Assembly (NCBI GenBank): GCA_001567515.1
Contig: LLEV01000008.1
Coordinates: 36,610 to 100,609, forward strand
DNA from: Microgenomates bacterium OLB22
Lineage (GTDB): Bacteria > Patescibacteriota > Microgenomatia > UBA1406 > HO2-37-13b
Direction: 5' to 3'
DNA: 64,000 bases
A model generated the notes under the pieces. It searched no databases and was not told where the DNA came from. It saw nothing but the letters and a program-made list of their open reading frames with translations. Below, piece by piece: positions 38,855-50,816 of this stretch. The position numbers were made by a program, and so were the translations under genes. Within the stretch, counting starts at the first letter, position 1. The number at the start of each line of letters is the position of its first letter.

Positions 38855-39932
38855 ATGCCACAAAGTCACGCAGGATTTTTTCATCAATCGTAAAAGATGT
38901 CTCCTTTTTTGTCAGATGTCGGTAGGCGACACGTCGTATCATCATCTGTACTTTGCGCTCGATACTTCGGATACCAGGATCAAATCCTGTCAGTCGGGCA
39001 ATCTGTTTCCATACCTGTTCTGTTATCGTTATCTTGACAGCCTGTAGGCCATTTGTTCTGATGAGTTCTGGCAAGATATAGTCACGGGCAATCACGATCT
39101 TCTCTTCATCACTATATGAAGGCATCTGGATTTGCTCAAGTCTATCCATTACCGCGGTGGAGATGTTTTCTGTGTTATTGGCAGTTGCCACAAAAAAACA
39201 GTTGGATAGATCGACCGGATAGTCTATGTAGCTATCTGTGTAGTGATTATTTTGCTGTGGATCCAGTAACTCAAGGAGATGCCCCATGATCTGGCCTCGA
39301 TTAGCATCAGCTATGCGATCAAGCTCATCCAGAAGTATGACTGGGTTGCGTACTCCCGCCGAGATTAGTGACTTTATGATTGCTCCTGGCTCTGCCTCAG
39401 GATTAAGTCGTGACTGCCCTCGTAGGTCAAGGACAGTGCTTATACCACCGAATGCGATACGGACAAATGGACGCCCCAATGATTCGGCAATCGCCTTAGC
39501 AAAGGTCGTCTTGCCAGTACCTGCCAGTCCCGTCAATAGGAGTGCTTGAGAGTTTGTTTGTATTTGTGCCTGGTTCTGCAGTATCCGTGTTGAGAGATAC
39601 TCGAGAATATATTGCTTTGTCTGATTGAGTCCATAGTGATGTCTGTCAAGTGTTTGCTTGGCATGTGCTATGTCGAGTTTTTCTGTTGCTAGCTGCTCCC
39701 AGGGTATTCGCGTGACCCAGTCGATATAGCGGTGTATACTATCGAGCTGGGTGAGGTTGCCACCATATCGCAGACTAAAGGCGAAGCGATCGAGCTGGCC
39801 ACTGATCTGAGCACAGAGATCGTTGGGGACATGGGTGGCAAACAGCGATGTTTTCATCTTGGCGATAGTAGCATATAGGTCAAATTTAGCTTCGGGGAGC
39901 TTTAATCTAGTTGATAGAGAGGTGAAGTTCAT
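38853..39932 (-). CDS. Lon-type AAA+ ATPase module without protease domain
   Basis: 359 aa colinear with the Lon central region (…IHRYIDWVTRIPW…LDRHHYGLNQTKQYILEYL…). Walker A GLAGTGKTT, Walker B ILLDELDRIA, sensor region DRLEQIQMPSYSDEEK…GIRSIERK. The ORF ends at the shared terminator, so no S16 protease domain follows. Confidence 0.8.
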   Translation of the reverse strand: MNFTSLSTRLKLPEAKFDLYATIAKMKTSLFATHVPNDLCAQISGQLDRFAFSLRYGGNLTQLDSIHRYIDWVTRIPWEQLATEKLDIAHAKQTLDRHHYGLNQTKQYILEYLSTRILQNQAQIQTNSQALLLTGLAGTGKTTFAKAIAESLGRPFVRIAFGGISTVLDLRGQSRLNPEAEPGAIIKSLISAGVRNPVILLDELDRIADANRGQIMGHLLELLDPQQNNHYTDSYIDYPVDLSNCFFVATANNTENISTAVMDRLEQIQMPSYSDEEKIVIARDYILPELIRTNGLQAVKITITEQVWKQIARLTGFDPGIRSIERKVQMMIRRVAYRHLTKKETSFTIDEKILRDFVA

Positions 39933-39944
39933 ATATTAGCAGAC
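39933..39944 (+). promoter_or_regulatory. ATATTAGCAGAC motif shared with the hsp20 promoter (candidate stress-regulator site)
   Basis: Identical 12-mer, in the same orientation relative to the chaperone gene, at 35746-35757 (minus strand). Confidence 0.35.
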
Positions 39945-39955
39945 GGTAGATGATC

Positions 39956-39984
39956 TTGACAATGATGGATCCATCTCTTAATAT
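39956..39984 (+). promoter_or_regulatory. Sigma-70-type promoter of groES-groEL
   Basis: TTGACA (39956-39961), 17 nt, TAATAT (39979-39984); about 65 nt upstream of the groES ATG. Confidence 0.5.
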
Positions 39985-40051
39985 ACTAGTGCACTAGAAG
40001 TGCTTTTTCTACAGTCAAGAAGGTTATAAATTTCAAATTTTTACACACACT

Positions 40052-40351
40052 ATGGCAAAAAAAGCCACAATACAACCCCTTTTTGATTACGTGCTAGTCA
40101 AACCGGAGGGTCATGAAACACAGACAGCCTCTGGGATCTTGCTTCCTGATAGTGCCAAGGAGAAGCCTCAGCGAGGGACTATCATGGCCATTGGCGACGG
40201 TGCAATCAATCCTGATGGCAAAAAAACTCCAATGATAGTGAAAGTAGGAGATGTTGTTGTCTACAAAAAATGGGGTGGCAACGAAATCAAAGTAGAAGAC
40301 GAAGAATGGCTCCTCATCGAGCAAAAAGATGTGATGGCTGTTATCAAATAA
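40052..40351 (+). CDS. groES: Co-chaperonin GroES
   Basis: 99 aa; IQPLFDYVLVKP…SGILLPDSAKEKPQRGTIMAIGDG; upstream of groEL. Confidence 0.95.
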   Translation: MAKKATIQPLFDYVLVKPEGHETQTASGILLPDSAKEKPQRGTIMAIGDGAINPDGKKTPMIVKVGDVVVYKKWGGNEIKVEDEEWLLIEQKDVMAVIK

Positions 40352-40392
40352 GTTACAATCCGCCAGCTGGCGGCCCAATTACTAATTTCTAA

Positions 40393-42055
<1,663 letters not shown>

Positions 42056-42076
42056 TCTGTTCCATGACAAGAGAAA

Positions 42077-42126
42077 AGCACTCTACCCTTCGATCCATTA
42101 GCGAGCTCAGGACGAAGGGTGCTTTT
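42077..42126 (+). terminator. Candidate groEL terminator
   Basis: CCCTTCG (42086-42092) pairs with CGAAGGG (42113-42119); outer AGCA/TGCT; followed by TTTT; large loop. Confidence 0.45.
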
Positions 42127-42154
42127 CTGTAAGTAGGGTATACTGTTTGATAGC

Positions 42155-42772
42155 ATGATCCAAATCGGTGAATATCTCAGACAGGCACGAGAAAGCCAAA
42201 AAAAGACCCTCGAGTCCATTGCCAAAGAGACTCGGATTAGATTACCATTGCTTGAAGCAATAGAGAAAAATGACTGGAGTAAACTCTCCTCCAAGACATA
42301 CGCTCAGGGAGTGGTCGTCCGGTATGGTCAGGTATTGGGACTGGATGGGTCAATGGTTCAGGCTTTTTTCCGTCGTGACTATGGAGTACACGATGCTGTG
42401 CAGTTTCGAAAGACTATAGCAACAGCACACTATAGATCTCCTGTAAAGCGCCTTGCGTTTCTTCTCCTGCTTTTCTTTTCCATCCTCTTTGCTCTCTTTT
42501 TTAGTTATCAACTGTATCGTTATCTTCGCCCCCCGACTGTCATAGTAACTAGTCCTACAAGTCAGATTGTAGATGGTAACTGGATAGAACTTGCAGGTAT
42601 CACCGAACAAAATGCAGCTGTCACTATTGATGACCAAGAAGTCATACTAAATGACAAAAATGAGTTTCGTATCCGTATACCCATTACCGAGAAGGAAAAG
42701 AAAGTATCCATCATAGTTGTGGGGGCTAATGGTCGGAAAGCTCAGTTAGAGCGAACATATCGAAAAAAGTGA
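42155..42772 (+). CDS. RodZ-like HTH membrane protein
   Basis: N-terminal XRE-type HTH (IGEYLRQARESQKKTLESIAKETRIRLPLLEAIE), central TM, C-terminal beta-rich domain. Confidence 0.65.
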   Translation: MIQIGEYLRQARESQKKTLESIAKETRIRLPLLEAIEKNDWSKLSSKTYAQGVVVRYGQVLGLDGSMVQAFFRRDYGVHDAVQFRKTIATAHYRSPVKRLAFLLLLFFSILFALFFSYQLYRYLRPPTVIVTSPTSQIVDGNWIELAGITEQNAAVTIDDQEVILNDKNEFRIRIPITEKEKKVSIIVVGANGRKAQLERTYRKK

Positions 42773-43467
42773 TGATCATAGCAGGTTTGTTTGTTATCTT
42801 GGTCCTTGCTCTCTTCATTACGATTCGCCAGATCCAGCAGTCACTATTCTCGACGTTCTATCGTATTACGGGTAGTACTACTGGGGCGGTTTGGTTTAGC
42901 TCATTAGTGTATTTGCCGGGGACTTTCATACACGAACTTAGTCATCTAGTTTTCGCCATCGCAACCCTACATGAAGTGGTCGCTTTTAATCTTATCCCCC
43001 ATACAAAGCAACGTGGAGAAAAGATGGAGATACATATGGGTTCTATCACCTATTATCCCAAAGATCCTCTGCGAGGATTTATAGTAGGAGTAGCCCCATT
43101 CCTTGTAGGGATAGTGTCTCTCTACATTCTATTTATTACACGGCCTTATGTGGTTGGGGACTGGTGGTCTATGGCACTGTGGGCTTATGGGGTGTTTGTC
43201 ATCGCCTCAACAATGTTTACATCGCCCTCTGATCTAAAGGATGTGCCTATTGTTACCCTTTTTATCGCTGCAATAGCACTTGCGATGTACTTTCTTGTGC
43301 CTGAGACATTTGTGATCATAGGTTCATGGATATCAGAGTCACCACTAATCCCATTTGTGGCCCAAGTCAACTGGTATTTGTCTTTTGCTTTAGGCGGGAA
43401 TATACTGCTATATATATGTTTGCAGAGTTTGATACGAGTCTATGAGAGTCTTCGCTCAAGAGGTTGA
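42769..43467 (+). CDS. Polytopic membrane protein with HExxH zinc-metalloprotease motif
   Basis: 232 aa, ~6 TM; FIHELSHLVFA within or next to a TM (intramembrane-protease-like). Confidence 0.6.
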   Translation: MMIIAGLFVILVLALFITIRQIQQSLFSTFYRITGSTTGAVWFSSLVYLPGTFIHELSHLVFAIATLHEVVAFNLIPHTKQRGEKMEIHMGSITYYPKDPLRGFIVGVAPFLVGIVSLYILFITRPYVVGDWWSMALWAYGVFVIASTMFTSPSDLKDVPIVTLFIAAIALAMYFLVPETFVIIGSWISESPLIPFVAQVNWYLSFALGGNILLYICLQSLIRVYESLRSRG

Positions 43468-43779
43468 GATAGCCGGACAAGTCATACGAGGTCCACTCAA
43501 TGGGCGAAATATCATTGGTAGACCAGTTGAAAATCTAGGTGACCTCCTCAGTCTATTCTTGGCTTTTATCTATCCGCTTGCCGGACTCTTTATCCTCTAC
43601 TTTTTACTGCTAGCGGGCTATAGACTGATCATGTCTCGTGGGGACATGGGCAAAGTTGCAGAGGCCAAAAAATCATTGTCAATCTCATTCTTGGGATGGG
43701 AATTCTTATTTCGGCGTTTGTTATCTCCAGACTTCTCTCCCTATCTTTTGATTTTGGCCCAACTATTCTACCTCGTTGA
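43442..43779 (+). CDS. Small two-TM pilin-like protein (paralog); frameshifted as sequenced
   Basis: …LAFIYPLAGLFILYFLLLAGYRLIMSRGDMGKVAEAKK. The expected second TM (IIVNLILGMGILISAFVISRLLSLSFDFGPTILPR) is in the -1 frame and joins if A6 at 43667-43672 is A7. Stop 43777-43779. Confidence 0.65.
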
Positions 43780-43797
43780 TGTCGTATACTTGGGCTC

Positions 43798-44850
43798 ATG
43801 ATAGTCACTCATTTGGCACTTACGCATTTTCGGTCGTTTACTAACTTTAGCCTTACAGTCCATCCAGAGGCCACCTTTATCATCGGGCCCAACGCTGTGG
43901 GCAAGACTAACATCCTCGAATCTCTCATGGTGCTTTTTCAAGGAGCAGGATTGAAAGAAGAGCGGTCTGGCGAGTGTCTACAATTTGGATCGGACCAAAC
44001 CAAGGTCGTAGCAACCCTCGATGATGAGGGAATCAGCAGTGAGATGGCGACTATATGGATAAAGAAGGATGATCTGGTGATGAAAAAATGGTTTGTGGAT
44101 CGTATCCCTCGTTCGTGGGCACACTATCGCCAAGAGGCTCCACCACTGGTTGTCTTTGCCCCACAACTGATCGAAGAGATAACACGCTCTCCAAGTCGTA
44201 GGAGAAGTCTCTTAGATCGAATTCTCAGTAGTCATGATAATACCTATCGAAAGCATCTCACAAATTATTCCAGTGGTCTATTTCGTCGAAACAAACTCCT
44301 GGAGAAGCAGCAGTTACCAGAAGCAAGTCTGAGGAAGGAGCTAGAATTCTGGGATAGCTACATAGTAGAACATGGTACGTATCTGCAGGATAAGCGTAGA
44401 GAATTTTGTAATAGCTGTAATCAAAATATTTCTCATGTTTTTCCTATCAATCCCTATAGCATCATTTATCATCCAAAAAGAATTACCAAGGAAGCCCTCG
44501 AGGCTACGCTCCCTGAGCAACTCAGGTATCGTACTACCACCATTGGTCCTCAGCGCGATGATATCGATATTATGTTGGAGGGGCGTTCCGTACTGCGATT
44601 CGGCTCGCGCAGTCAGCAGCGGTTGGCTCTCCTCTGGATCAATATGAATGAGATAACCTGTTATACAGAGAGTACTAAGAAGCCTATCCTCCTGCTTGAC
44701 GACCTATTTTCGGAGCTTGATGAGCACTACAAAGAGCTTGTTCTTCAAGCTATCTCTGGCTATCAGACGCTTTTCACATCTCCTGATGCTTCGATCTGTG
44801 ACCGTATGCATACCGATTTTGGTAAAGTCGAGCTGGCAGTAAGGAGCTAG
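43798..44850 (+). CDS. recF: DNA replication and repair protein RecF
   Basis: 350 aa; Walker A GPNAVGKTNILES, C-terminal ILLLDDLFSELD. Confidence 0.85.
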   Translation: MIVTHLALTHFRSFTNFSLTVHPEATFIIGPNAVGKTNILESLMVLFQGAGLKEERSGECLQFGSDQTKVVATLDDEGISSEMATIWIKKDDLVMKKWFVDRIPRSWAHYRQEAPPLVVFAPQLIEEITRSPSRRRSLLDRILSSHDNTYRKHLTNYSSGLFRRNKLLEKQQLPEASLRKELEFWDSYIVEHGTYLQDKRREFCNSCNQNISHVFPINPYSIIYHPKRITKEALEATLPEQLRYRTTTIGPQRDDIDIMLEGRSVLRFGSRSQQRLALLWINMNEITCYTESTKKPILLLDDLFSELDEHYKELVLQAISGYQTLFTSPDASICDRMHTDFGKVELAVRS

Positions 44851-44877
44851 TATCTCTGATACAATACGGTACATTCG

Positions 44878-46615
44878 ATGAACACAACGGTTGAAGAAAT
44901 AAAAAGTCATGTGGACATCGTTGAAATTATCGGTTCTGTTGCGCAGTTGCAACGAGCTGGCAGGAATTTCAAGGCCCGCTGTCCTTTTCACCAGGAGAAT
45001 ACCCCTTCCTTTATAGTCTCTCCTGACCGCCAGAGATGGCGCTGTTATGGCGCATGCCAAGAGGGTGGTGATGTGATCTCATTTCTCATGAAATGGGAGA
45101 ACATCACCTTTATGGAGGCGATGCTTGAGCTATCTAAGAAGACGGGGATCTCCTTTAGTCCTTCAGGTATCGAAGACGGTATGTGGGACAGGAAGAAAAA
45201 GACTTTTCGCAATCAACGAATATGCTGCTCGAGTCTTTTCGTATATTCTGCATGCAAAGCCGGCTGGCAAGGCAGCTCTTAACTATATTGAAAAACGAAA
45301 TCTGCCGATAGAACTGATCAAGAAATATGGCATTGGCTTTGCTGCCGACCAGACACAGTTACATACCCTGCTGCTTAAGAAGTGGGATGAACAGGATATC
45401 ATAGCGACAGGTCTTTGTGGCACTCGAGGTCCTCGCAGCTATATGATCGGTTTCGTAGTCGTCTTATGTTCCCCCTGCTTGATGTAAGAGGCAACATAGT
45501 AGGATTTTCAGGACGACTTATAGGTGAGGATGATCGCCAGGCAAAATATATCAATACACCAGAGACAGAACTCTATCGTAAGCGAGAACAAGTGTACGGG
45601 CTCTACCAAGCAAAGGAATCAATCATCCAGAATAAAGAAGTAGTCATAGTGGAAGGTGAATTCGATCTTCTCAGGTGTGTACATCATGGGATAGGCAATG
45701 TCGTCGCTATCAAGGGTTCGGCATTCACCAGGGAACAGCTTCGGCTGCTAAAACGTTTCACCTCCCATGTCATTACGGCCCTAGATCAAGATAACTCAGG
45801 TTATGAGACAACAAAGCGCGCTTTTTTCGAGATCGAGCGGGAGGAGATGACTCACGCTGTATGTCTGTACACTGAAGGAAAAGACCCCGATGAAGCCCTC
45901 AGCATTAACGCAATAGCCTTTAAAAAAGCTTTAGAGCACCCCACAAGTATATTTGACGCTATCATGACTCATGCTCAGTCGAGGATAGATGTTACTTCAG
46001 AGCGAGGAATCAGGGACCTTTCTAAGGAGATGATGCCTTTCCTTGCCCAGGTAGAAAACCCGATACTAGCAGATCACTATAAAAAGAAGTTGGCCGACGT
46101 CCTGTCTGTCTCTGTTGAATCTATACATCAGAGTGTCGTCGCATTTTCACAGAAGAGATTGAAGGAAAGAATCGCGAGTATCAGATCAGAGCCTGGATCC
46201 GCTGATGAAGAGGGAGACAGATTTATCAGTGCCTATATCTTTCAGAATAAAAAGCCTTATGAAGCAAAGGAAGCGTTATTTCAGTCAATAGATGAGCCTG
46301 TAATAAAGACCCCCTCCTATCGTGAATTAGTGGAACAGCTGGACTCATACATGGGCACTCATGAGACATATATCCAGGCAGAATTTGTAGGAACTCTTTC
46401 TACTCCCCTTCGTGAGGTGCTAGACATAGCTGGTATGCTCGAGATTCCTGATGATCAAGATGATGCCTTTCATCATGCTCGCAAGATAGTGGTAAAGAGA
46501 TTTATCATGGCTCTACGGGATAAGCTAAGAAGTAGCATCAAAAAAAAGCGCTGCCGATGATATAGCTACTCTTACCACCAAGATCGCGCAAGTTGAAAAA
46601 GAGCAGGCACTCTAG
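44878..46615 (+). CDS. dnaG: DNA primase DnaG; three frameshifts as sequenced
   Basis: Zinc-ribbon [43 protein letters not shown]. Fragments 44878-45282, 45125-45487 and 45415-46560 join at A5 45196-45200 (one extra) and near 45420-45460 (one short). The tail …SSIKKSAADDIATLTTKIAQVEKEQAL appears if A8 46540-46547 is A7. Confidence 0.9.
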
Positions 46616-46630
46616 TAGAATTACCCTGTC

Positions 46631-47725
46631 ATGACAAAGCAAAAAATCCCTCAGTCTTCCCAGGAGCTTCTTGGTCAAGGAAAGGAAAATGGATTTTTGG
46701 TTTTGGATGACATCCTCCTTGTTTTCCCACATCCTGAAAATCACATCGAAGCCATAGACGAACTTTTTGATGAGGCTATGCGCCAGAACATCGACATTTT
46801 TTGAAAATGTCTCCGCTAGTGACGAAGAAGATGTTCAAAAAATCACTCGAAGAGCTCGAAAAAAGAACTTAAGACTCTTATCACACTCAAGCAAGGTGAT
46901 TCGCTAGATCCTATCAAAATGTATCTCAAGGAGATTGGGAGACATCCACTTTTGACCTTTGAGCAGGAGGTCGATCTTGCCAAGAGATATGAAAAGAAAG
47001 ATAAAAAGGCTCGCGAAAAACTCATCAAGTCTAACCTTCGTTTAGTCGTCTCTATAGCCAAGAAATATCTGGGTAGGAGACTGTCATTTTTGGATCTTAT
47101 CCAGGAGGGAAATCAGGGACTTATTAAAGCGGTTGAGAAATATGATTGGCGACGCGGATTTAAGTTTTCTACCTATTCAACATGGTGGATTCGACAGGCA
47201 ATTACACGCGCCATCGCTGATCAATCGCGCACCATTCGTATCCCGGTTCACATGGTCGATAATATCAACCGCTATTATAAAACGCAACGCAAACTGACCC
47301 AAAAAAATGGCCGGGAGCCAAGTAACAAAGAGATTGCAAAAGAAATGCTCATGACTGAAAAGGAGATCGAGCATCTGATCCGAATTTCTCAACATCCCAA
47401 GTCTCTTTCTACCCCAGTTGGGGATGATAAGGAGGCTACCCTTGAGCAGTTTGTAGCAGATACTGATCAGCCTACTCTGATTGATTCTGTTTCAAAGGAG
47501 TTTTTACGTGACTACCTCAATGAAGTCCTGACCACTCTTTCGGAGCGCGAGAAAAAAGTATTGGTCATGCGATTTGGTCTTGAGGACGGCAAACCAAAAA
47601 CACTTGAAGATGTGGGTAAAGAATTCAATGTCACTAGGGAGCGAATACGACAGATTGAGGCAAAGGCAATCCGCAAATTACGACATCCGACCCGTGCCCG
47701 CAAGCTCAAAGATTTTCTAGATTAG
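46631..47725 (+). CDS. rpoD: RNA polymerase sigma factor RpoD (primary sigma); three compensating frameshifts in the N-terminal region as sequenced
   Basis: Regions 2-4 are in track ORF 46919-47725 (…[11 protein letters not shown]…[18 protein letters not shown]…). The N-terminus [33 protein letters not shown]… starts at ATG 46631 in the same frame. A 62-nt stretch between them is out of frame unless T6 46797-46802, A6 46837-46842 and A6 46859-46864 each lose one base. Confidence 0.9.
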
Positions 47726-47734
47726 GAAGTACCT

Positions 47735-50700
47735 TTAATGATTTACAAGTCCGTGACTTAGCTGAAGTGCCTCGAGCTCCCAGGGAATGGTACGGATAAA
47801 TACTGGATCCCTGATCGTCTTATACATGATTTGGATATGCTCCTTTAGTTCATTGATGTGTTCATCCGGTAGAGTCAAGATGCGCGGTCTCGACTTTGTA
47901 GACTGTGTCGGGCCCAAAAACCAAAAGGCTCCCGACTCAACGTGATGAGGTCGAGTAGGATGGAGTCCCAGAAGGAGTTTATAGAAGAGTAGCTGGCGAT
48001 AGAGTGGCCCTTTGATACCAGAAAACTGTTTTTCCGTAGGGTCTAAGTCGGATTGACGTAACGCTCTTATCTCATTCTCAGATTTATCTCGTGATGTTTT
48101 GTAGTCAATGACCTGAGCAGTCTTAGTATCTAGCATATCGATGCGGTCAAGACGGCCACTCAGGGGTATCTTTCCTAGGTGTAGTGGCATATGTTTGCTT
48201 CCCAATATCATCTCTGTATATGTTGGGATGCGCCCGACGGTAGAATCGAGTATCTCAAACCTCTCTAGCATCTCGTCCATATCCCCCTTCCATCTACTGG
48301 CTTCTTGTTGGCCAACCCCTTGCTTTAGTAGATAGTTGTATGCTTTCATCACTTTATGAGCTCGAGTAGTAGGTGGGGCAGTGTACCAGTTTTCTAATGC
48401 TTCGTGGATAGCAGAGCCGACGATCTGTGCTGTCGTAAGTGCTCTTGGTACTTGCAAGACATCGAACAATACAAATTCAAGAGGGGAGGAGATGTAGCGA
48501 TTAAAGTTGGTTGAATTAATCACAATATGACTACATCTCACATGCACATATTCTTCAAAAGCGCTAGCTGCCCACATCGTGGAGGGACTTCGTGTAAGTG
48601 CTGCTGTAAGTATGTCATTCTCCTCTTGGATAGTTACTCCAGGACTTTGTAGGTGATCAATGTAGTCTGCAGGCAATTCTGAACAAAAGGCACTTCTTTG
48701 AGCCACCTTATTTTGCCCAGTGATATCCAATATCTCTGGACTTGAGATATAGAACTCTTTTTTAGCTCTTGTGAGCATTACGTAAATAAGCCTTCGACTA
48801 TCTTCTAACTCCTCCTTTTTGTCGAGGGGAGTTTCGGCGAGGACTTCTTGGGGTACCAACGAGACACGGGTATGTTCTCGCTTATCCCAACTTGTGGTAA
48901 ATCCTGGTACGAAGACGTAGTCCCACTCTCTACCCTTTGCTTTGTGAGCAGTGGTGAGGATGACGTGATCTTCGCTGCGGGCTATTGATATTGGCTCAAC
49001 TCTTATCTGAAAGGCCTCAAGGAGCTCTATCATCTCAATACATCGTTTGAGATCAAATGCAGGGTCATGTGTTGTCATATTTTTGATTTCCCTAAAAAAA
49101 GCATTCAGATCTTCGAGCAATTCATGTTTTCCTTCTTGATTGAGGATCCAGGGCAGATAACCTGAGACTTCAAGGAGATAGACGAACCACTCTTGAAAAC
49201 GCATGCTTTGCTCCTTCATGGACCAGAGGTAGAGTAGCTCCGTTTTAGCAATACATCGTTTGATCTCATCTTCTAAAATTGATTCTTGCGAAAGAGCTTC
49301 TTTCCTCCAGTCCTCTTTCTTTTCCAGCAGCTGCGCTAGTGTGAGCCCGTTTTTTTTTGGCTATACGAGCCAACCGAAATATCGTTGTCTGATCGATCCC
49401 CATCCAGGGATAGCTAAAGATCCTTAGGAGCGGTAGATCTTCTTTGATTTCTCGTACATCATACAAGGTCTTGAGGAGATCGAGGAGTTGAATAATGAGC
49501 TTTTTACTAAAGATAGATTCTCCACCCTCTATTTTGAATGGAATATTTTTCTTCTGTAACTCATCGGCAATGAGTGTGGAGTCGCTATTAACTCGGTAAA
49601 GTACAGCTATTTCTTGTGGTGGTACGCCAGATGATATTAAGCTATCTATTTTTTTGGCTAGATCATATAGTTCTGTAGTTTGATTGGGGCACAAGGAAAA
49701 TTTGATGGGCTTTTCGCTGTAATAGGAGGAAACAAGTGGTTTTTGTACAGCTTCATAGAGCTGTGGGTAGCGAGACTTCAGATACTCTTGTGTAAGGGTA
49801 TTGTGTCCGATGAGCGTGTGTGCACTCGTGTACAGTTCCTGAGGACATCGATAGCCTGTATCCAGCGTGATGATATGTGTCTGCGGATATGTATCAAGAA
49901 AATGAAGCATGTTCTCTATAGAGGCCCCCTGAAATCGGTAGATAGATTGATGGGGGTCACCGACAACGAAGACATTTGCCTGTGGCCCCCAATAGCTAGA
50001 TAGCGTGTCGAGTAGCATGTTTTGTGCATTGTTCGTATCTTGATATTCATCTACTAGAAAGTAAAGAAAACGCTCCTGATAAGTTTGTCTCAGATCCTCA
50101 TTGTTGAGGAGTGCATCTATAACGTTGTTTATCATGTCATCATAATCAAACCTCCCCCGCTGGATGAGCAGCTCACCATAGTGCTTATATACTCTATGCA
50201 TTTCGCTAAAGCGGGCTATTTTCTTTTGAAGTGTTACCTTTGCTCCTGGTGATAGCGAGGCATCGAGTAAGTCTTTTTCCAAGGTGTTGACTATCTCCTC
50301 GAGCTGACTGGGTGAACAATGCTCTCTCTTGAGTGTCGATACGGCTCCGGCTATCGTGGTGACGTAATGACGTTTTGCTCTCAGGGGTGCTAACTCCTGT
50401 AGCTTAAGATGCTCAAGGGTCTCTTCCACTAATAAGTAGGTTTCGAGGTTGGACAAGGGTGAGCCAGAGGCTAGTAAGGGAAACAATTGGGGATTCTCTT
50501 GGATGATGCTATAACAGAGAGCGTGAAATGTATAGATTCTTACGTAATTCCCTTCGTTTCCGATCATAGCAACTATGCGTTTGCGCATAGTTGCTGCAGC
50601 GGCTTCGGTAAAAGTAAGCGCTAAGACGCTAGATGCGGGAGTGTCTGTTTTCTGTAGGATGTGAGCTATCCTGGCAGCTAGGACCTGTGTCTTTCCTGTC

Positions 50701-50810
50701 CCTGGCCCTGCTATCACCATCACTGGACCTTCGATGGCCTCCACTGCTTCTCTTTGTGCTGTATTAAGGGACGCTAGCACCTGGTCAAATGAAGTAACTT
50801 CTTTTGGCAT
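47735..50810 (-). CDS. SF1 (UvrD/AddA-like) helicase fused to a C-terminal PD-(D/E)XK (RecB-type) nuclease; frameshifted as sequenced
   Basis: Walker A AGPGTGKTQV, DEYQD box, C-terminal nuclease motif GRLDRIDML…QVIDYKTS…YRQLLFY. ORFs 49266-50810 and 47735-49219 join (…IAKKNGLTLAQLLEKKEDWRKEALSQESILEDEIKRCIAKTELLYLWSMKEQ…) if T9 at 49350-49358 is T8. Confidence 0.85.
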
Positions 50811-50816
50811 GCTCTA

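Noticed and set aside
39933-40020. Canonical CIRCE (TTAGCACTC-N9-GAGTGCTAA) operator upstream of groES
   Set aside because: Only half-site-like strings are present (TTAGCAGAC at 39936-39944, AAGTGCTTT near 40007-40015). They are ~60 nt apart, not a 9-nt-spaced inverted repeat.
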